The translations under genes and the position numbers were made by a program. The notes under the pieces are model-generated. The model did not search any database and was not told the DNA's origin. It was given only the letters and a program-made list of their open reading frames with translations. DNA of 64,000 nt from positions 29,452,001 to 29,516,000 of the forward strand of contig NC_045696.1 of NCBI RefSeq assembly GCF_009834535.1, in the 5' to 3' direction. Below are positions 1 to 13,746 of the stretch, one piece after another (the first letter of the stretch is position 1; each line of letters begins with the position of its first letter). The stretch comes from Camelus ferus (Eukaryota).

Positions 1-172
1 GGAGTCCACACCTACATGAAAATTGGGTAATTATCAGGATGAGAGCAAAATGGAATGCTAGGTAGTAAAAAACTCTGACTGCTATGTTAAAATGGATGTT
101 GCATATATAGAGCTTTCTCTTTCCTTTGTATTTCTCTTTGGTATAGTTTGTCATAACAAATAAAAATATTTT

Positions 173-662
173 ACCTAAATGTCCATTGACAGATGATTGG
201 ATAAATAAGATGTGGTATGTATATACAATGGAATAATACTCAGCCATAAAAAAGAATAAGATAATGCCATTTACAGGAACATGGATGGACTTGGAGATCA
301 TCATACTAAGTGAAGTAAGCCAGAAAGAGAAAGACAAATATATGATATTACTTATATTTGGAATCTAAAAATTTACACAAGTGAACTTATTTACAAAACA
401 AAAATAGACTCACAGGCATAGAAAACAAATTCATGGTTAGGAAAGGAGGGAGGTGGAGGGATAAATTGGGAGTTTGGGATTTGCAGATACTAACTACTAT
501 ATATAAAATAGATAAACAAGTTCCTACTGGATAGCACAGGGAACTATATTCAATATCTTGTAATAACCTATAATGAATAAGAATATATTATGTATAACTG
601 AATCACTATGCTGTACACCAGAAATTAACACATTGTAAACCGACTATACTTCAATAAAAAAT
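173..662 (+). mobile_element. 5'-truncated LINE-1 (end of ORF2 plus 3'UTR, artiodactyl-type)
   Basis: cctaaatgtccattgacagatgattggataaa...atacaatggaataatactcagccataaaaaagaa...gcacagggaactatattcaatatcttgtaataacc...tcaataaaaa. Possible TSD ataaaaata(a)tttt at 160-172 and 663-676. Confidence 0.92.
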
Positions 663-1278
663 ATAAAAATAATTTTGATTTCATAATTTAAACTTATTTT
701 TAGCCACAATAAATATTTTATTTCATAATTTAAACTTTTATGGTCACAGTGACTGGAACCCATTTGAATCTGTTTAAGCAAATGACGAAATATTTTGGAG
801 TATGTAAGATACACTTATTGTCTTGTTTTTCCAGGACAGTACCCTTCCCCAGTGCTGGGGAAAGTGTTTGACAGGCACAGGCTTATTGGTTGCTTACATG
901 CTTGTACATTCCTTGCCACGGTGACTGGATGAAGGATGAGCATCTGATCCAAGCACAGCCTGTTGTAGCTCTCTGTACCCCTGCTCGACTGTGATTCACC
1001 CAGGCATAGACACATGACCCAAGCCAGACTAGGCTACTTCTCAGAGAGCTTTATAACTAGGAATTGTGGGAACTGGGAGGGTAATTGAAAGCTGGTTTTG
1101 CTTCATCTTGAAAACCTGTGCGCAGAGCTGCTGGTGACCACGGTTCCAACTTTGTGGAGAAAGCAGTTTTCAGAGACACCAGAACACAAAGAAGAGCAGA
1201 AAGAAAAGGTGGAACAAAAAAGGCCTGAAGACATTGATGAAGGTTCTCTCCTTGACCAAACTCTATTCAGTCTCTCCT

Positions 1279-1685
1279 GAAATTTCTCAGCTAGGCCTCC
1301 CCGTTCCAACTTCCATGTTTCTCTCTGCATTGTCCAGTTAAGTAGGTTTAGCTAGAATCTTCCATCCTCTATATCCGATCACCTTTGATATCTCATTGCG
1401 TTCCTTGTCTTTCATCATTCCTCAGTTGACGTCTGATCACCCTGCTCTGGCTTCAGCAAGACTTCTGTTAGGTTGGTTTCGCCAGAATCTCCCCTCACCA
1501 CTGTTGTTTCCATACAGTTTTCCATACAATAACCCATATCCTGCTCTTGGAGTTGAGCCCTATCTCTCTCTCCGCACTGCAAGACCCTAGTGCAGTGGTT
1601 CCTATTTCAATCTCAATGGCATCCTCTAGAAAAAGTTTTCTTTACTGTCATTAACAAGTGTCATGAAATAATTGTTTTCTCAAAC
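1279..1685 (+). mobile_element. Old ERV1-class solo LTR (MER31-like), within MaLR-like flanks
   Basis: tgatcaccctg...cttcagcaagacttctgttaggttggttt.gccagaatc...ggagttgagccc...ctgcaagaccc...taacaagtgtcatgaaataatt...aaca resembles the MER31 consensus as I recall it. Confidence 0.65.
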
Positions 1686-1909
1686 AACATCCAAGCACCT
1701 AACTCCAGCGATATTCAGGCCCTTTCCATGTAGGAGGGTAGGAATTTCCAGTAAGTTTGTCCTCAGTTATTTCTGTAGCTGTCTGCTGCTTATTGCCAAT
1801 TTGCTTTCCCAAGATGTTGTCCTAGCTTATAACATATTCATCATCAATCAGTATGTATTTGCTATTTAATGAATCAAATAATGATTACTTTTGAATTGCA
1901 TATAGTATA

Positions 1910-2120
1910 ACAGAGCAGCAGCAGTGGAGGAAATCTGCTAGGGTGCAAGGAATATCCTCTTCGGGGTGAAGCAAACGTGAATTCAAAACTCTGCTCCTCC
2001 TGTTAACCACATCATTTTTGGACAGTTACCTAAGCTTCAGTCACTTCAGTTCCAAAAACGGGCAAATTAATACCTCACCAGTGTCCTATTAAAAACCTAG
2101 CATTTAATAAATATTATTTT
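1910..2120 (+). mobile_element. MIR SINE remnant
   Basis: aattcaaaactctgctcctcc...ttggacagttacctaagcttcagt...cagttcc core-like sequence. Confidence 0.55.
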
Positions 2121-4854
2121 CTTTCTTCCAGGAAGAAAAAGATACCTTCTATTAATCGAACTACAAACTTCTTAGTCTGGGGTACTTACGCTCCCCACAT
2201 CTCTATACATTGTAATCTGAATTCTTAACTAAGAAAATTTAAAATCTCTTTAAAGTCAAACTTTTGATAATTGATTTCATATCTTCAGATTTATAAATAT
2301 TGTTATATCTTAAACAAGTTAAATATGAATGATTTATATCCATACAAAAAGGAGAGTCCATTTTTTAAGGAAAATTACTGCTCAGAGACTAAATACATGG
2401 TACCTGTCTCCATGGAATTTCTAACTTCTTGGTACTATTCAGTTGCTCTTTGAACTAAGGCTGACTGTATTTGGCTGGGGTCACTAAGCCAAATAAAAGG
2501 TGACAAAACCGCATTTCTGAGAAAGCATCTCCAACCTTTCTATCCTCTGCTTCCTTTGGTAACTTTGCTGCAATATATGTATGTCTTTGGGGATTTAAGG
2601 ATACACTTCAAAAAATAGAAAACCTACGTGTATGAAATCACTGGCTCTGTAAGGTTCCTAATTATATATTCAAAACATATACAACCCCATATATTTCATG
2701 TGTTAATGAACTCTTTTATAGTAAAATCATGAATCTGTGTGACTTATCAGCATTTCTATATTGGTAGCTATTTCTTTGTAGACTTGTCCAACTTAATTTG
2801 CAAGCTATACAGGAAATATTCATTAGTATAGATTCTTGAAGTTTGAATTATTTTTAAGGATTTAATGAATCATTTCAGCAAGTTCACTTTAATTCAAAGA
2901 GAATGCTTTATTGCTTAGCCTTAAATTTTAAATTTATATGTAGGCTCACATCAGGAAACACCTTAATTATTTAAAGCTTTCTTTAACATATGCAGATATA
3001 AAACAATAGTTTTTTGAAGGCCGAAATACTTTTTACATCAGAAGAGATCAGGAAGACATGGGCAAGAATAGAAACACTGCTGTTTTTCACTTCCTTACAT
3101 GCATTTGTCAGCTAAAGGTTACTTTTCAGGTCAAGGAAACTTGTATGCTAATCCCTTCTGATGAGAGACTCAAGGAACCATGTTGGGACGCTGGTTTTCT
3201 TAAATAAAAGAACATTGTAATTCTCAGAATGGTAGAGACATATGTAAAAATGATGTTGTATTTAAAGTGCCTTTCTTACCTTTATATTTTGTTTGGGCAT
3301 AATGTATAATCCACAAATACATACACACATATGGTCTAACACTTATCCTTATTTTTTTTTATTTATCTAAAATTTTGCTAAATAGGGGAGCGAAGTTTTC
3401 AAATCTTAAATCCCTTTGTAATGCTTGCACTGAAATACATAATCTGGAAAGCCTTTGGATTCTTTTATTCTCAGGGGAAAAAAAGTAAGACAGTGCATAA
3501 AACTAGAGATTCATAGAGTAGAAACCTGAGAAGTAAAAGAGGAAATTGGACGTGGGGGGTCAGAGAGTGAGGACTGATTTACAGTAAAAGAAGCAATTTG
3601 ATTCCTCTTTTATTTAACCCCTATTCTTCCCTGGAACGGAACACACACTCACATATACGAACACACACGGACATACATGCACACAGGGCTCACTGTAGAC
3701 AAGTGGCCATTGGTAGTCTGCTGCTTGTTTCAGATAGTGGGCAGAGATACTATAAGTAGGAACCATTTGTCTTTATATTCTTTCTCGACGTATTCTTGGC
3801 TATAAGGATTCCACTGAGGTTAAGGTTCACGGATATTCTTATACCGTATCTCAAATAGGTAAGGGGAGGTGGTAGATTACCGCATAAATTCAGGATTGGA
3901 GTTTTGCTTCGCACTGGTGTTGAGGATATCTGGCTTGCAAATATTTCTGGTGAAATCAAAAGCAGCTGATAGTCATTGAGAAATTATTGGCATCAGGAGA
4001 GTAGGTGTGAGAGCAACTGAAGGAATGAAAGATTGTGGTCATACGAAGGCTGCTGGATCTCACAATTTGAGAGGAGAAGCAGCAGCTCCTCCTGTCAGAT
4101 TTTGGAGCACAAAGGAAGCAATGACCGATGTGTCAACATTTTTTGAGAGGAACAGATGATTGGAGAAGCACAGCTCTGAGGAGGGGCAGAGTGTGGCGTG
4201 AAGCTCAAAGAAAGAAGGGGTTTTGCAGAAGGGTAACATAATTAACACTGGGAAACCGCAATGCTCTGTATCACAATGGAAAATATTTGATCCCTGTCTA
4301 GCAGTCCTGAAGGGCATTCTCTAAAACATAATGGCTACGCATTCCCTTGGCTGAGTGAGAGCGGCGTCGGGTGAGGCCACTTTCTGTTATTTGCTAGCCT
4401 CCTACATACTGGCGTGACATTGATACATTACCTTTTAATGAATAAATTCATTGAACACTCAAGGTGGCAGAGCTAAGTAAACACAATGAACGTTTTATTA
4501 CTCATTAGAGATATCTGGTCATTTGTAAGGTTGGCATACTGCTGACTGTGTTTTCACTTCCATTTTCTTCAGCTAAGTCATAACGCTCAATTGTTTCTTC
4601 CTTAAAACATCTTTTATATTTATACATTCTTCTCCATTCCCTCTTTCTTAGCAGTCATTCTGAGTTGGAAATTTCTGTCTTCTTTAACTCTCACCTCTCT
4701 CCTCTTTCAATCATCTTAATGCATCAATTTGATTAATCTTTGTAGAAGAATGATGTCATTATCTAATTCCACTGCTCAGGAACATACTCTGTATTGATTC
4801 TCCTCTGAGCAGACTATTCAGCTGTAGTAAGTTCTTCATAAATCTGCTTCTTCA

Positions 4855-4912
4855 GGGGGGCTTCAAGATGGCAGAACAGGAGGACGCAGAGCTCACCTCC
4901 TCCCACAAATAC
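4855..4912 (+). mobile_element. Isolated LINE-1 5'-terminal fragment
   Basis: ggggggcttCAAGATGGCagaacaggaggacgcagagctcacctcctcccacaaatac resembles the start of laurasiatherian L1 5'UTRs, including the YY1-type motif. Confidence 0.6.
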
Positions 4913-5001
4913 CTCCTCAGCCTGGCCTCCCACCGTGTCCCACCACGAATGGTCTAGTCTGTTCTGGCTGATGCCTTCTATGTTTTCTGACACACAATAC
5001 T

Positions 5002-5477
5002 TGTCGACTGAAATAAATGCACAACCTAAATGCTGAGAGTTATGTTTTATTCAGTGGACAATTCTGGGGACTCAGCCCAGGATGACAGCCTCTCAGGTCG
5101 CTCTGAGGGACTGCTCCGAAGAGGTAGGGGAGGAGCTAGGATACATAGGAGATTTACAACAAAGACCAGGTAGTTGGAACATTAAAATATTACTTGTTAT
5201 CTAAAGAAAACCAGGCATCTCAAGTTAAAGAATTCAGTGCTTTTCTATGTATGGGAGGAAGCAAACATTTGGGCTCATGGAATTCATTCCTTTGACAAGC
5301 ACCTAGCTACCTAGGGCCAGTATCTTGTCCTTTATTATTCGGAGTCCCCTCAGGGTCCACCACTGTGAGTGGCTGCAGAGGCCGGGCTGCAGGCTTGTCT
5401 TCACAGGGGGGTGGCAGCAGCGGCTGATGACTTGATGGCTTTGTTACTGATATAGCTTGCAGTATTTTTTGTTCACA
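5002..5477 (-). mobile_element. ERV1-class solo LTR, 476 bp
   Basis: TG...CA termini and a perfect 4-bp TSD tact (4998-5001 and 5478-5481). AATAAA on the minus strand near 5046-5051. Confidence 0.85.
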
Positions 5478-7587
5478 TACTCATACTCACATTTATACCT
5501 TTGCTAATACGATTTCATCTTCTTCAACTGACTGTGCTTTTCCCATCAATGAGTCCAAATTCTACACTGCATTGTAGTCAACTTATAATCCATTTTGCAA
5601 AAATAAAAAAATCATTTAAAATATTCCAGCTTACCGTGACTTCTCTTTCCTCTCAATTTAAAATTCATAACTGTTCTCTTATTTTGTCTCTCTCAATAGA
5701 TTTTAAGCTATTTGAGGGAAAGTGTCATATTATACACCTCTTGCCCAGTGCCACAGGGCTGAGAAACATGACACTGGGGGTCTGTGGTGAATCACACACA
5801 GGGCATCATTAGAAACTCAGTACATTTCTTGACTAATTGCTTTGATAATTTTTTAAAGAATGTCACCAAATGTTGACGACTTGGCATGATATTTTTATGT
5901 TGCTCAGCTCTTTTCTATATCAGAATTTGCAAAAGTACTGCCAAAAATACTGCTCAAATCAGCTTGTGACATAGCCATCACTAAAATTATCAAAGCCAGA
6001 GCACAAATGGACTTTGATTATGAGTGGATGCTAACTTGCAAAGAGTAAGCTTTGACTATTCAATTCATAAGTCTCCATTAAAAGTCACCCAGTGACCTTA
6101 GGCTTAAGCTCCAGGAGAGTCAAGTTAATTTGTACCTTGAAACCTGGGAAGGTCATGTGCTAGTCTACTCAGTTCTGTGGCAGAAAGATATTTAGAAGCA
6201 TCTGAAGGTCAATCATGAAGAAAAACTCAAGCCCCCCCAAAAAAGAAATAAAAAAATAAATAATTTATCATGATGCGTAACACACCATTTTGTTTCAGTT
6301 AATTCTATTTTCCACCTCTTTACTGCAAGACAGTCCAAACATAAGAAATTCTAATTCTTTTCATAACCCGGAAAACATTTTTATAAAGAATTAACTGTGA
6401 AAGTGATTTAGGTTCAAAAATAATGAAATTATTCCTATGCCTCAAATTTATATTGTAGAAAATTCAGACAAACTAAATTTCTCCCATCAGGGGAAGGAAC
6501 GTCACACAACAACATCTTTCAGGATAGATGACAACCCTGCGGAAGCTTGTTATTGGGTTTTGTCCTGGTTATTGCTACTGTTTTCCTCCACTGTCCTCAG
6601 GAAGTTAGTCCTCTGAGTAAACAGTCCTGTTTCCTCACCTGCAAAATAAAACAGCTAAATCTCATCAGCCCTCCAGTTTGAGCCACTGCATAATGAAAAT
6701 TAGATTATCATCTCAGAATATCGGGTCGATGAACTGCCTTGCATGAGTCTTTTGTAGGCAAAATATCAGGGGGATAAATGATACGTTTAGGTGAAATTTC
6801 TTCTATGAAAAAAAGCTATTTCTTCACAAAAATTAATTGAACATACTCTGTGTCACTGTACTATACGCTGCATTTTGATTTAAAAAGAAAAAAAGAATGC
6901 CATAGCGTATAAAGAATTGAGTTTCAAGGTTGTATAATAATACAGTTAGGGGGACAAAATGCACGTATATGAAATGTTCATAGCAATGAAATACAACACC
7001 TAAAAAAGACAAGTCACTGGAAAAGGTTAAAAGCTGTGAGTTCAGAGGGTCAAGAAATAAAACTCATTTCCTCTGTTGTATTGAAAACCAATACATACCC
7101 AGGTGCTGGATGCTCTTCTTACATTATCTCCTTTAGAAAATTCAAAGTGAGTTTTGAGCAGGAAGGCTTTGGGCACAAAAGGAGGGATGGAAATCAGAAT
7201 TCTGAAGGTGGGAGGGCAGAAGCATGAACAGGCGAGCAGGAGAAAAGAGGAGTTTGGAAATCAGGAGGATGTGAAAATCAGTCTGGGGGTGTGCACAGAA
7301 ATTTAAATGCTCTCAGTCCCTTCAGTGCTGACAAATTATTGTCCTCCCGAGACTCCTTCACCAGCTCATCAGCTTTGCGGCTTCAAGACTCCTTTTTGGA
7401 TTTCAGAAGCATCGTAGAGAGCCGCTTCCTTGTGGCTTGATGCAGCGCATAACTAGCAGCTGCTGCATTAGAAACACTTTTAAACCAAACTTTTGATAAG
7501 ATGTGAATGGCTGTGCTTCCCAGCGGTGAACTCAGGCGAAGTTTAGAGCCTGCGCTTAGACAAATATACTGCACATACATATTCATG

Positions 7588-7598
7588 TGCTGACTCAT
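7588..7598. promoter_or_regulatory. NRF2/NF-E2-sMAF (ARE) consensus site
   Basis: TGCTGACTCAT within a CpG-retaining stretch (~7380-7640) with no recognisable repeat. Confidence 0.4.
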
Positions 7599-9236
7599 TT
7601 GTTAGCCATACCTTGTTTACGGCGAGCTCTCTAGCCGGCCACCTCAGCACACATACCTTTTCTTCTCCCACAGCCCTCTCAGTGTGCTATGGACAAATGC
7701 CTTCATTTCCTAGACCAGAAGTCTCATATTCTGTGAACAGAGTAGTTAAATAAAAAATAAATACGGTTCTAACAACTTCAGTAATTATACAGAGTTTTCC
7801 AGCTGAAATTGACAATATTTACAACTTTCCTGAATATATCAAAGTTCTAATTCTTGATTTGAATATTTAACTCATGTAAGTTAAGGAAAGCTCTTTGACC
7901 AATCTCCAGTTTAGGAGGTAATTTTACAAGTAAAAGAATTAGTATCTCTTTCTGCTCATGAGCTCAAAACTTACCAAGTTAGGATTCCCCTTTTGATCAA
8001 ATATTTTCTGTTTCCAGATAGTTCCAAGGCAGGAATTGTGGATTACTTGATAGAACTGATGTGTGGACATCCACACCAAACTCATAACATGAACAGATAA
8101 CACTCTTCTCCAGTTCCTAGTTTATCAAACCCCACACTCCAATGGAAATAATTATGTAGAGGAGAAGGTACTTATAACTTGATTCCTCCAGCTCATTCAT
8201 CAAAAGACATAAAGCTATTAGGTTTTATTTCTTTAAAAAAAAGGGGGGGGCAAAATCTCCCTTTCACACAGTAAGTTTTTTTTTTAAGCTGTGGGAAAAT
8301 CTATTTGATATAAAAGAAGAAAAATGAGTTTCATTGAATAATGTCAGAAATGAATCCCATAGGAAAAAAAAAACAGCTTCACAAGAAAAAAACCAAAGAT
8401 CCAACAGTCTGACATAATTCTCTGCACAAGAGATAAACACATGCAGGGCTTGAAGAGGCACCCTAGAGTTATTTGAATGTAATTATGTATTTGAACTTGA
8501 AGATAAAGTATTTGACCTTGGTGAACATTCACTGAACACCTATAAAGAAAAATTCTTTTTTTTTTTCTAAAGAATTGCTTGCCAAACCTTAATCAACTTG
8601 CACTTTTCAATTATACTGTCCTCTAGTCCCTATATAGTCTCAATTTTTTTGAACGTGGTTTTACTCCTCTCACTCAGACATCCTTTTTAACAATGCTTGT
8701 TTTAACACCCCAAGATCCCTTTCTTCCTTATCTCCCTGCTGTATCACTGTCTTTCTAGAAATACTGTCCTTCCTTTTCTCCAGTCCAACTTTCAGGTCGA
8801 TAAGAACTGTTATAGAAAAAAAAATCATAGAAGTTCCACTATCTGTGTGTCAAATTCATGTGATCTAACTTACCAGGAGGAATTAAACAACTACTAGACA
8901 ATCATTTTTGATATGTGTAATCAGTTCCTAGAATGAATGTTAAACACCACTGTCAGCTTTCACAAGTTTCTAACTTGATGCTTCAATCTTTCTCTTCAAA
9001 GTGAAGAGCGGTGCTAATAAAATGGCCACCGGTTTCTTACGTTTTCACGTAAAAATCTTACTTGATACCTGTCTCCTCTTTGGTGTCTCTGGAAGAATTG
9101 CCCTTACTTGTGTCCAAGTCACACTCAGCCTGTTTGCTCAGTCCGGCTCTCTCACGTCTAAACAGACCCCCTCAGGTGTTCTCTCTCTACTTACCGGCTC
9201 CTCCTCTGGCAGTGAGTGTTCACTCTCCTTTCCGGA

Positions 9237-9902
9237 TGTTACCGAGCCAGGTGCATTTGCTGGACACACAGGAGGCCAGATCCTGAGCTGCCGAGGTTTG
9301 CAGCAGAGAAAGGGCTTATTCTTGAGGCAACCAAGCGAGGAGACCCGGGAACAAATCTCAAATCCAACTCCCCAAAGACAAGAAGCTGGGGATATTATGG
9401 GATAAAGAAGCAGGGTGGTCTGAGGTGTGGGGAAGGATGATGGAAGCAAGGAAGAGATGAAGTAGCCAGTGTTCTGCGCAGGCGTATCTGAGCTATGTGC
9501 TTCTTCATGGGCTGCATATTCAGAAAATGGCAACAGTAATATGATCTGGGGGTGGAGCTTTGGGTCCTCTGACGTCAATAGGCCATCCATGGGCCACTTA
9601 CTCAGGCCCAGTTGAATGGTAGGTGGTCTCCTTTGGTTTAAGCTGGGCAACGCTAACTCCAGGTTCCTGGAAAACTACTTAAGCAGCCGTTATTATGGTG
9701 ACCCATACATCAGTGTTATCTCTGGGAGGAGGGTGGTTAAAGAAATCTTGTGATATATCGTCTAAGCCCTGTGAGGCTTGCAGGGTTTGCAACTTGCAAG
9801 AACAAAGGAAGCAGGTTTAGCAAATGAAGGTAGGTTACAGAATATTATTTATTAAGCAAGTCACAGTTTAAGGGATCTAACTGATGACCAGCCTCGGTTT
9901 CA
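9237..9902 (-). mobile_element. ERV1-class solo LTR, 666 bp
   Basis: Imperfect inverted termini TGTTACCGAG...CTCGGTTTCA; flanks cgga/ctga form a degenerate 4-bp TSD. GC-richer than its surroundings. Confidence 0.75.
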
Positions 9903-10656
9903 CTGAGAAAAGGGACTACGCTTTTCCCCTCCAGGTGTATTATCAAGCTTTCCTGTCTGTCTCTAGCAAACCCACATTTGCCAGTCATCAAGCGTCCACT
10001 GCTCACTCCTCAAATCTTTCCAGTCTCTGTTTTCTCCTACCTCCCAGCATTTGGGTGACCATTTTCCCTTAAAGAATCATAACTGACAATCTAAATGGGA
10101 GATCAAATCATGGCTTTTCACTTGTCTTACTCCTCTGTGACATTTCTCACCGCTGTCTACCTTTTGTCATAGTTGATGTTACTTTTGTTCTAAAATCCCA
10201 TTTCCTTTTGTCACATAACTCGGCATTTTCTGGACTCCCTTATGTCTCTGGAGGTGCTTTCATCTCCCATTCTCTGGTGTGTTAACCTTCCACACACCAA
10301 ACACACGTGCATTCTTGGACAGGTCTGAGTTCAGCAATATTACCTTCTAACTTTGTTTACCACCTCCTTATGGATGGCATTCAAGTTTATATCTCTGGTT
10401 CCTAAATCTCCTGAGATTTAGATTAAAATTTTAGCAGCCAGCTAGACATTTCCACATGGATTAGCCTCGGCATCTAAATCTTAAGAGGTTCAAAATCAGT
10501 ATCTTCTTTTTTTTTCTCTTCTCTATCAGTTATTTCTATGTCACTTATTCATGTTAACTTTTTTTCCTTTTTAAATCTTTAAAGTTGTCATTGATTTTCA
10601 TTTTCTCCTTGTTTTTACTCCTCCCACCATTACAGGACGCCAGATGGTTACCAAGC

Positions 10657-11710
10657 CAGACAGTCCTCCCTTGGCGAGATTCCTACATACAAGAACTTCC
10701 ATCACCGTGTTTTAGTTAAATAATGTCAGTTCCAAACAGCACAATTCAAATTCCAGTTGCCAAGGCGTATTGACTGAGTGACTGCAAAAAGTATGAACCT
10801 CCCAGCAGCTCCTCAGTCTATAAGTCATTCTGTAAATAACAGCTGTGCTTCATGATCAGTGGCCAATAAAATAACTCCTTTCAAGGTACGCAAATAAGTG
10901 GTCACAGTGTGTTATTCAGTTTACACACAATTATATGTAGTTGTGTTTACTCCTTGTCTTCCATGACAAACCCATGTGCCCTTTTTTACAAAAATGGGTA
11001 ATTGGAAAAGGAAGTTGGCCAACAAAGATGACAGTGCAACGGAGAAATGATAAGTGATACTGATGGAAAGGAACTTCAAATCAAATGTAAATGTCATAGA
11101 AAAAACTACTGACTGTGGGAATGTTGACATCTCCAATATTTAAGAGACTTCAGATGTGCTAGATATTCACTAGTTCACTGAAGATGAGCTTGACCTCAAT
11201 GAGAACAGTGGTTGTGACACAAAGGATAAAGATTTCCCAGTAGAAGTGATGCTGGCAAATAACTACATGAAAGGAATTCTCAGAGATATTTCATGGAACT
11301 GAAAGTTCAAACTATAAAATGTTGGAAGGTGATCTAAACTTAGAAAGGAGTACAGTTCACCAGGACATAGAAAATAAGTTCCCTCCACATAGGAAGTTAT
11401 ATGACAAAAAGGCAAGCACTGTTCAAACTACTCCTGACGCGTTTTACACAAAGAAACCAAACACATTACTTGTTGGTGCTTCAAATGTGTTAAATTACTG
11501 TGCACTAAATAAATGCCAGTTTTGCTATTGTTTAAATTTTCCTTTACATTTATAACCTACAGTAGGAGAGATTTTAATGCTTTGACAAACATTTTTAAAG
11601 ATTGTAAAACAGTTGTAATTTGCTTCTTGATTGTTGAGGTTCTTTGCATGGTTTCAGCATGCACAGTCATTTTTATGTTCCTTATCACCATGCAAAGCAA
11701 GGACTAGGTG
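10657..11710. mobile_element. TcMar-Tigger-family DNA transposon remnant (~1 kb)
   Basis: TIR-like ends cagacagtcctcccttggc...catgcaaagcaaggactaggtg. Internal decayed Tigger-like text: aaggaagttggccaacaaagatga...gactgtgggaatgttgac...gcaagcactgttcaaactactc. Confidence 0.6.
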
Positions 11711-13294
11711 TAACAGTGAGTCAGTTTCTGCCTCTTCCACCTGCCCTGGGCTGTATTTTGGGTGTTCTTGCTTGGGAAATTCCTTACCCCTCTTAGAGGA
11801 AGGACATCAGCAGACGGCAGAGATGGGGCTCTGTCAGGAGCTTCCAAGCATTCTCCTGAGAACTGCCCACTTCGGTGCTGCAGGCAGCAGTGATAATCAG
11901 CAGTAATCTAAGCAGTATCCAGGCGTCCTCCTAAGACTCACTGGCTTTGCTGTTGCAGGGAGCTAAGTGTATTAGCAGTGGCTTTTCTGTAAGCCTTATA
12001 TTTCTGGAACTTCTGAAAGCCAGAAGTATGTTTCCTCACTTTTGCTTTACCAGCCCTGTCATGTGCCTAATAATAAATCACTTTGTATTTGTAATATTTG
12101 TAATGATGTCTGTTTTCCTGACTGATACGATATTTAGCACCAGAAGAACGTCCTAGGTAAGAAGAGTCTTTGTGTTGGTTATCTCACCTAGTGAGATCTG
12201 AGAGCAGGAGTGAAGTTGTCGCTAGGGGAAAACGAGATGGTAGTCCATAAGAGAGAGTGGAAAAGCGTGTAAGTCAAGGTGCAACCAGAAAAAAGAGAAA
12301 TCATGATGAGCATTTAAAACACAGAGAATTAAAAGCAGGAGTTCGGTTGCACTGTTGATGAAAGAGGCTTAGGGTGCATTCGGGGGTGATCGATAGGTGT
12401 CCTTGCCTGTACAGTTCTGCTGGAACTGCTCTGGCTTCGGGCCATCCCCGTGTCTGGAGTAGCAGTTGCACTTGGCTTTACGACTGGTCCCCCAGCTGCT
12501 GACTTTTATCCCCTGCAAAGTACATTTTTAGAGCATGTTCCTGAGTTACAGCTCTTGTGTGCACCACACCATAATGGGGGAAACGGGCTAATGTTCTGTG
12601 GACTTGTGGCCAAGTCCTAATTTGTGGGGCGATCATGGGCAAAAGGCTCCTTGGAGTCAAAATTTTCCAATGAATACAATGAACGGATGGGTGTAAACTG
12701 GTAAATTTCATATTTTGTTAACCTTGCAACGTTTGGTTCAAAGAAGTGCCATATGGAATTATAAACAGACAAAAGCAGAGTCGCTCTGAATGAGGAACTG
12801 TGGTGCTGTGTAGACCTACCCAGTCAGCCACCCCAGATTCCTGGCACTGGCCCCCGACCCGCCAAGTAGTTTGCAAGAGGATCCCCCCGTAGCACGTTTT
12901 GAAGATCGTTAGAGGAATGGATTTGAAGTTCCATTCAACTCTAAATATTGTTATTTTTCTCTTACTTTGGACATAATCCTTAATGACTATATAATCAGTA
13001 AAATATAATCCAACCTTCTTAGCTGGGACATTGAAGGGAATTTATAAACTGGTTCTAAAATCATTTTACCCTTATTTTTTATCTTCTTCCTTCATAAAAC
13101 CTGACTCTGAACTACTACCTCAACTTGAATGAATATGTGTCCAGAGAACGTTCGATGTAATTTCTTACATCTACTACGCCACTCTGCCTTCTTTCTGTAC
13201 ATCTATGACCTCATTCACCTACGTACTTTAATATGCACGCAAGGTCTCGGTCTTGACTTCTCCCATCAATCAGGTCATTTAGTTTCACTGGTAA

Positions 13295-13746
13295 GTAAAT
13301 CATTTAGGATTAGATTGGCTGCATTAACAGAGAATCCTAAATATATTAGTAAATTTATAAGGACTTTTTTTTCTACATAAAATAAACCCAGAGTAAAGGC
13401 AGTCCTGTGGTTGTATGATTGATCTATAATCACGAGGAGTCTAGCATCTTCTATCTTCCCATCTGCCATCGAGTATGTAAAGCTCTTCATGATCTAAAAT
13501 GCATGCTGATCTCCACATTCCAACCAGCCAAAGGAGAAGGTAAAAGTTGTTATTGCTAAAGGTTCTGATTTTCTATTTTTCATTTTAAGGAAACTTCCTG
13601 GAAGTTCCACCTAACTTCTTTCCTTGCTTGGAATTTAATCACATGGATGGGAAAAAATTATGTCTTTCGGCACCTGAGTAATGGTTCTATAATTATAGAA
13701 GACAGAAGTATGGATGTTGGGTAGGAAACTTGTACACGCTGCCACA
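13295..13746. mobile_element. Old MaLR (MLT1-type) LTR remnant
   Basis: tttaggattagattggctgcattaacagagaatcc...tttaaggaaacttcctggaagttcc...gaatttaatcacatgg...ctgccaca. Confidence 0.55.

Noticed and set aside
9001..9650. Longest ORFs in the track (170 aa minus, 134 aa plus)
   Set aside because: They largely overlap a GC-richer solo LTR and show no recognisable protein motif; consistent with chance ORFs.
11319..11555. 78-aa ORF in the Tigger remnant as a possible transposase
   Set aside because: Short decayed fragment of a non-autonomous copy with no intact catalytic domain.
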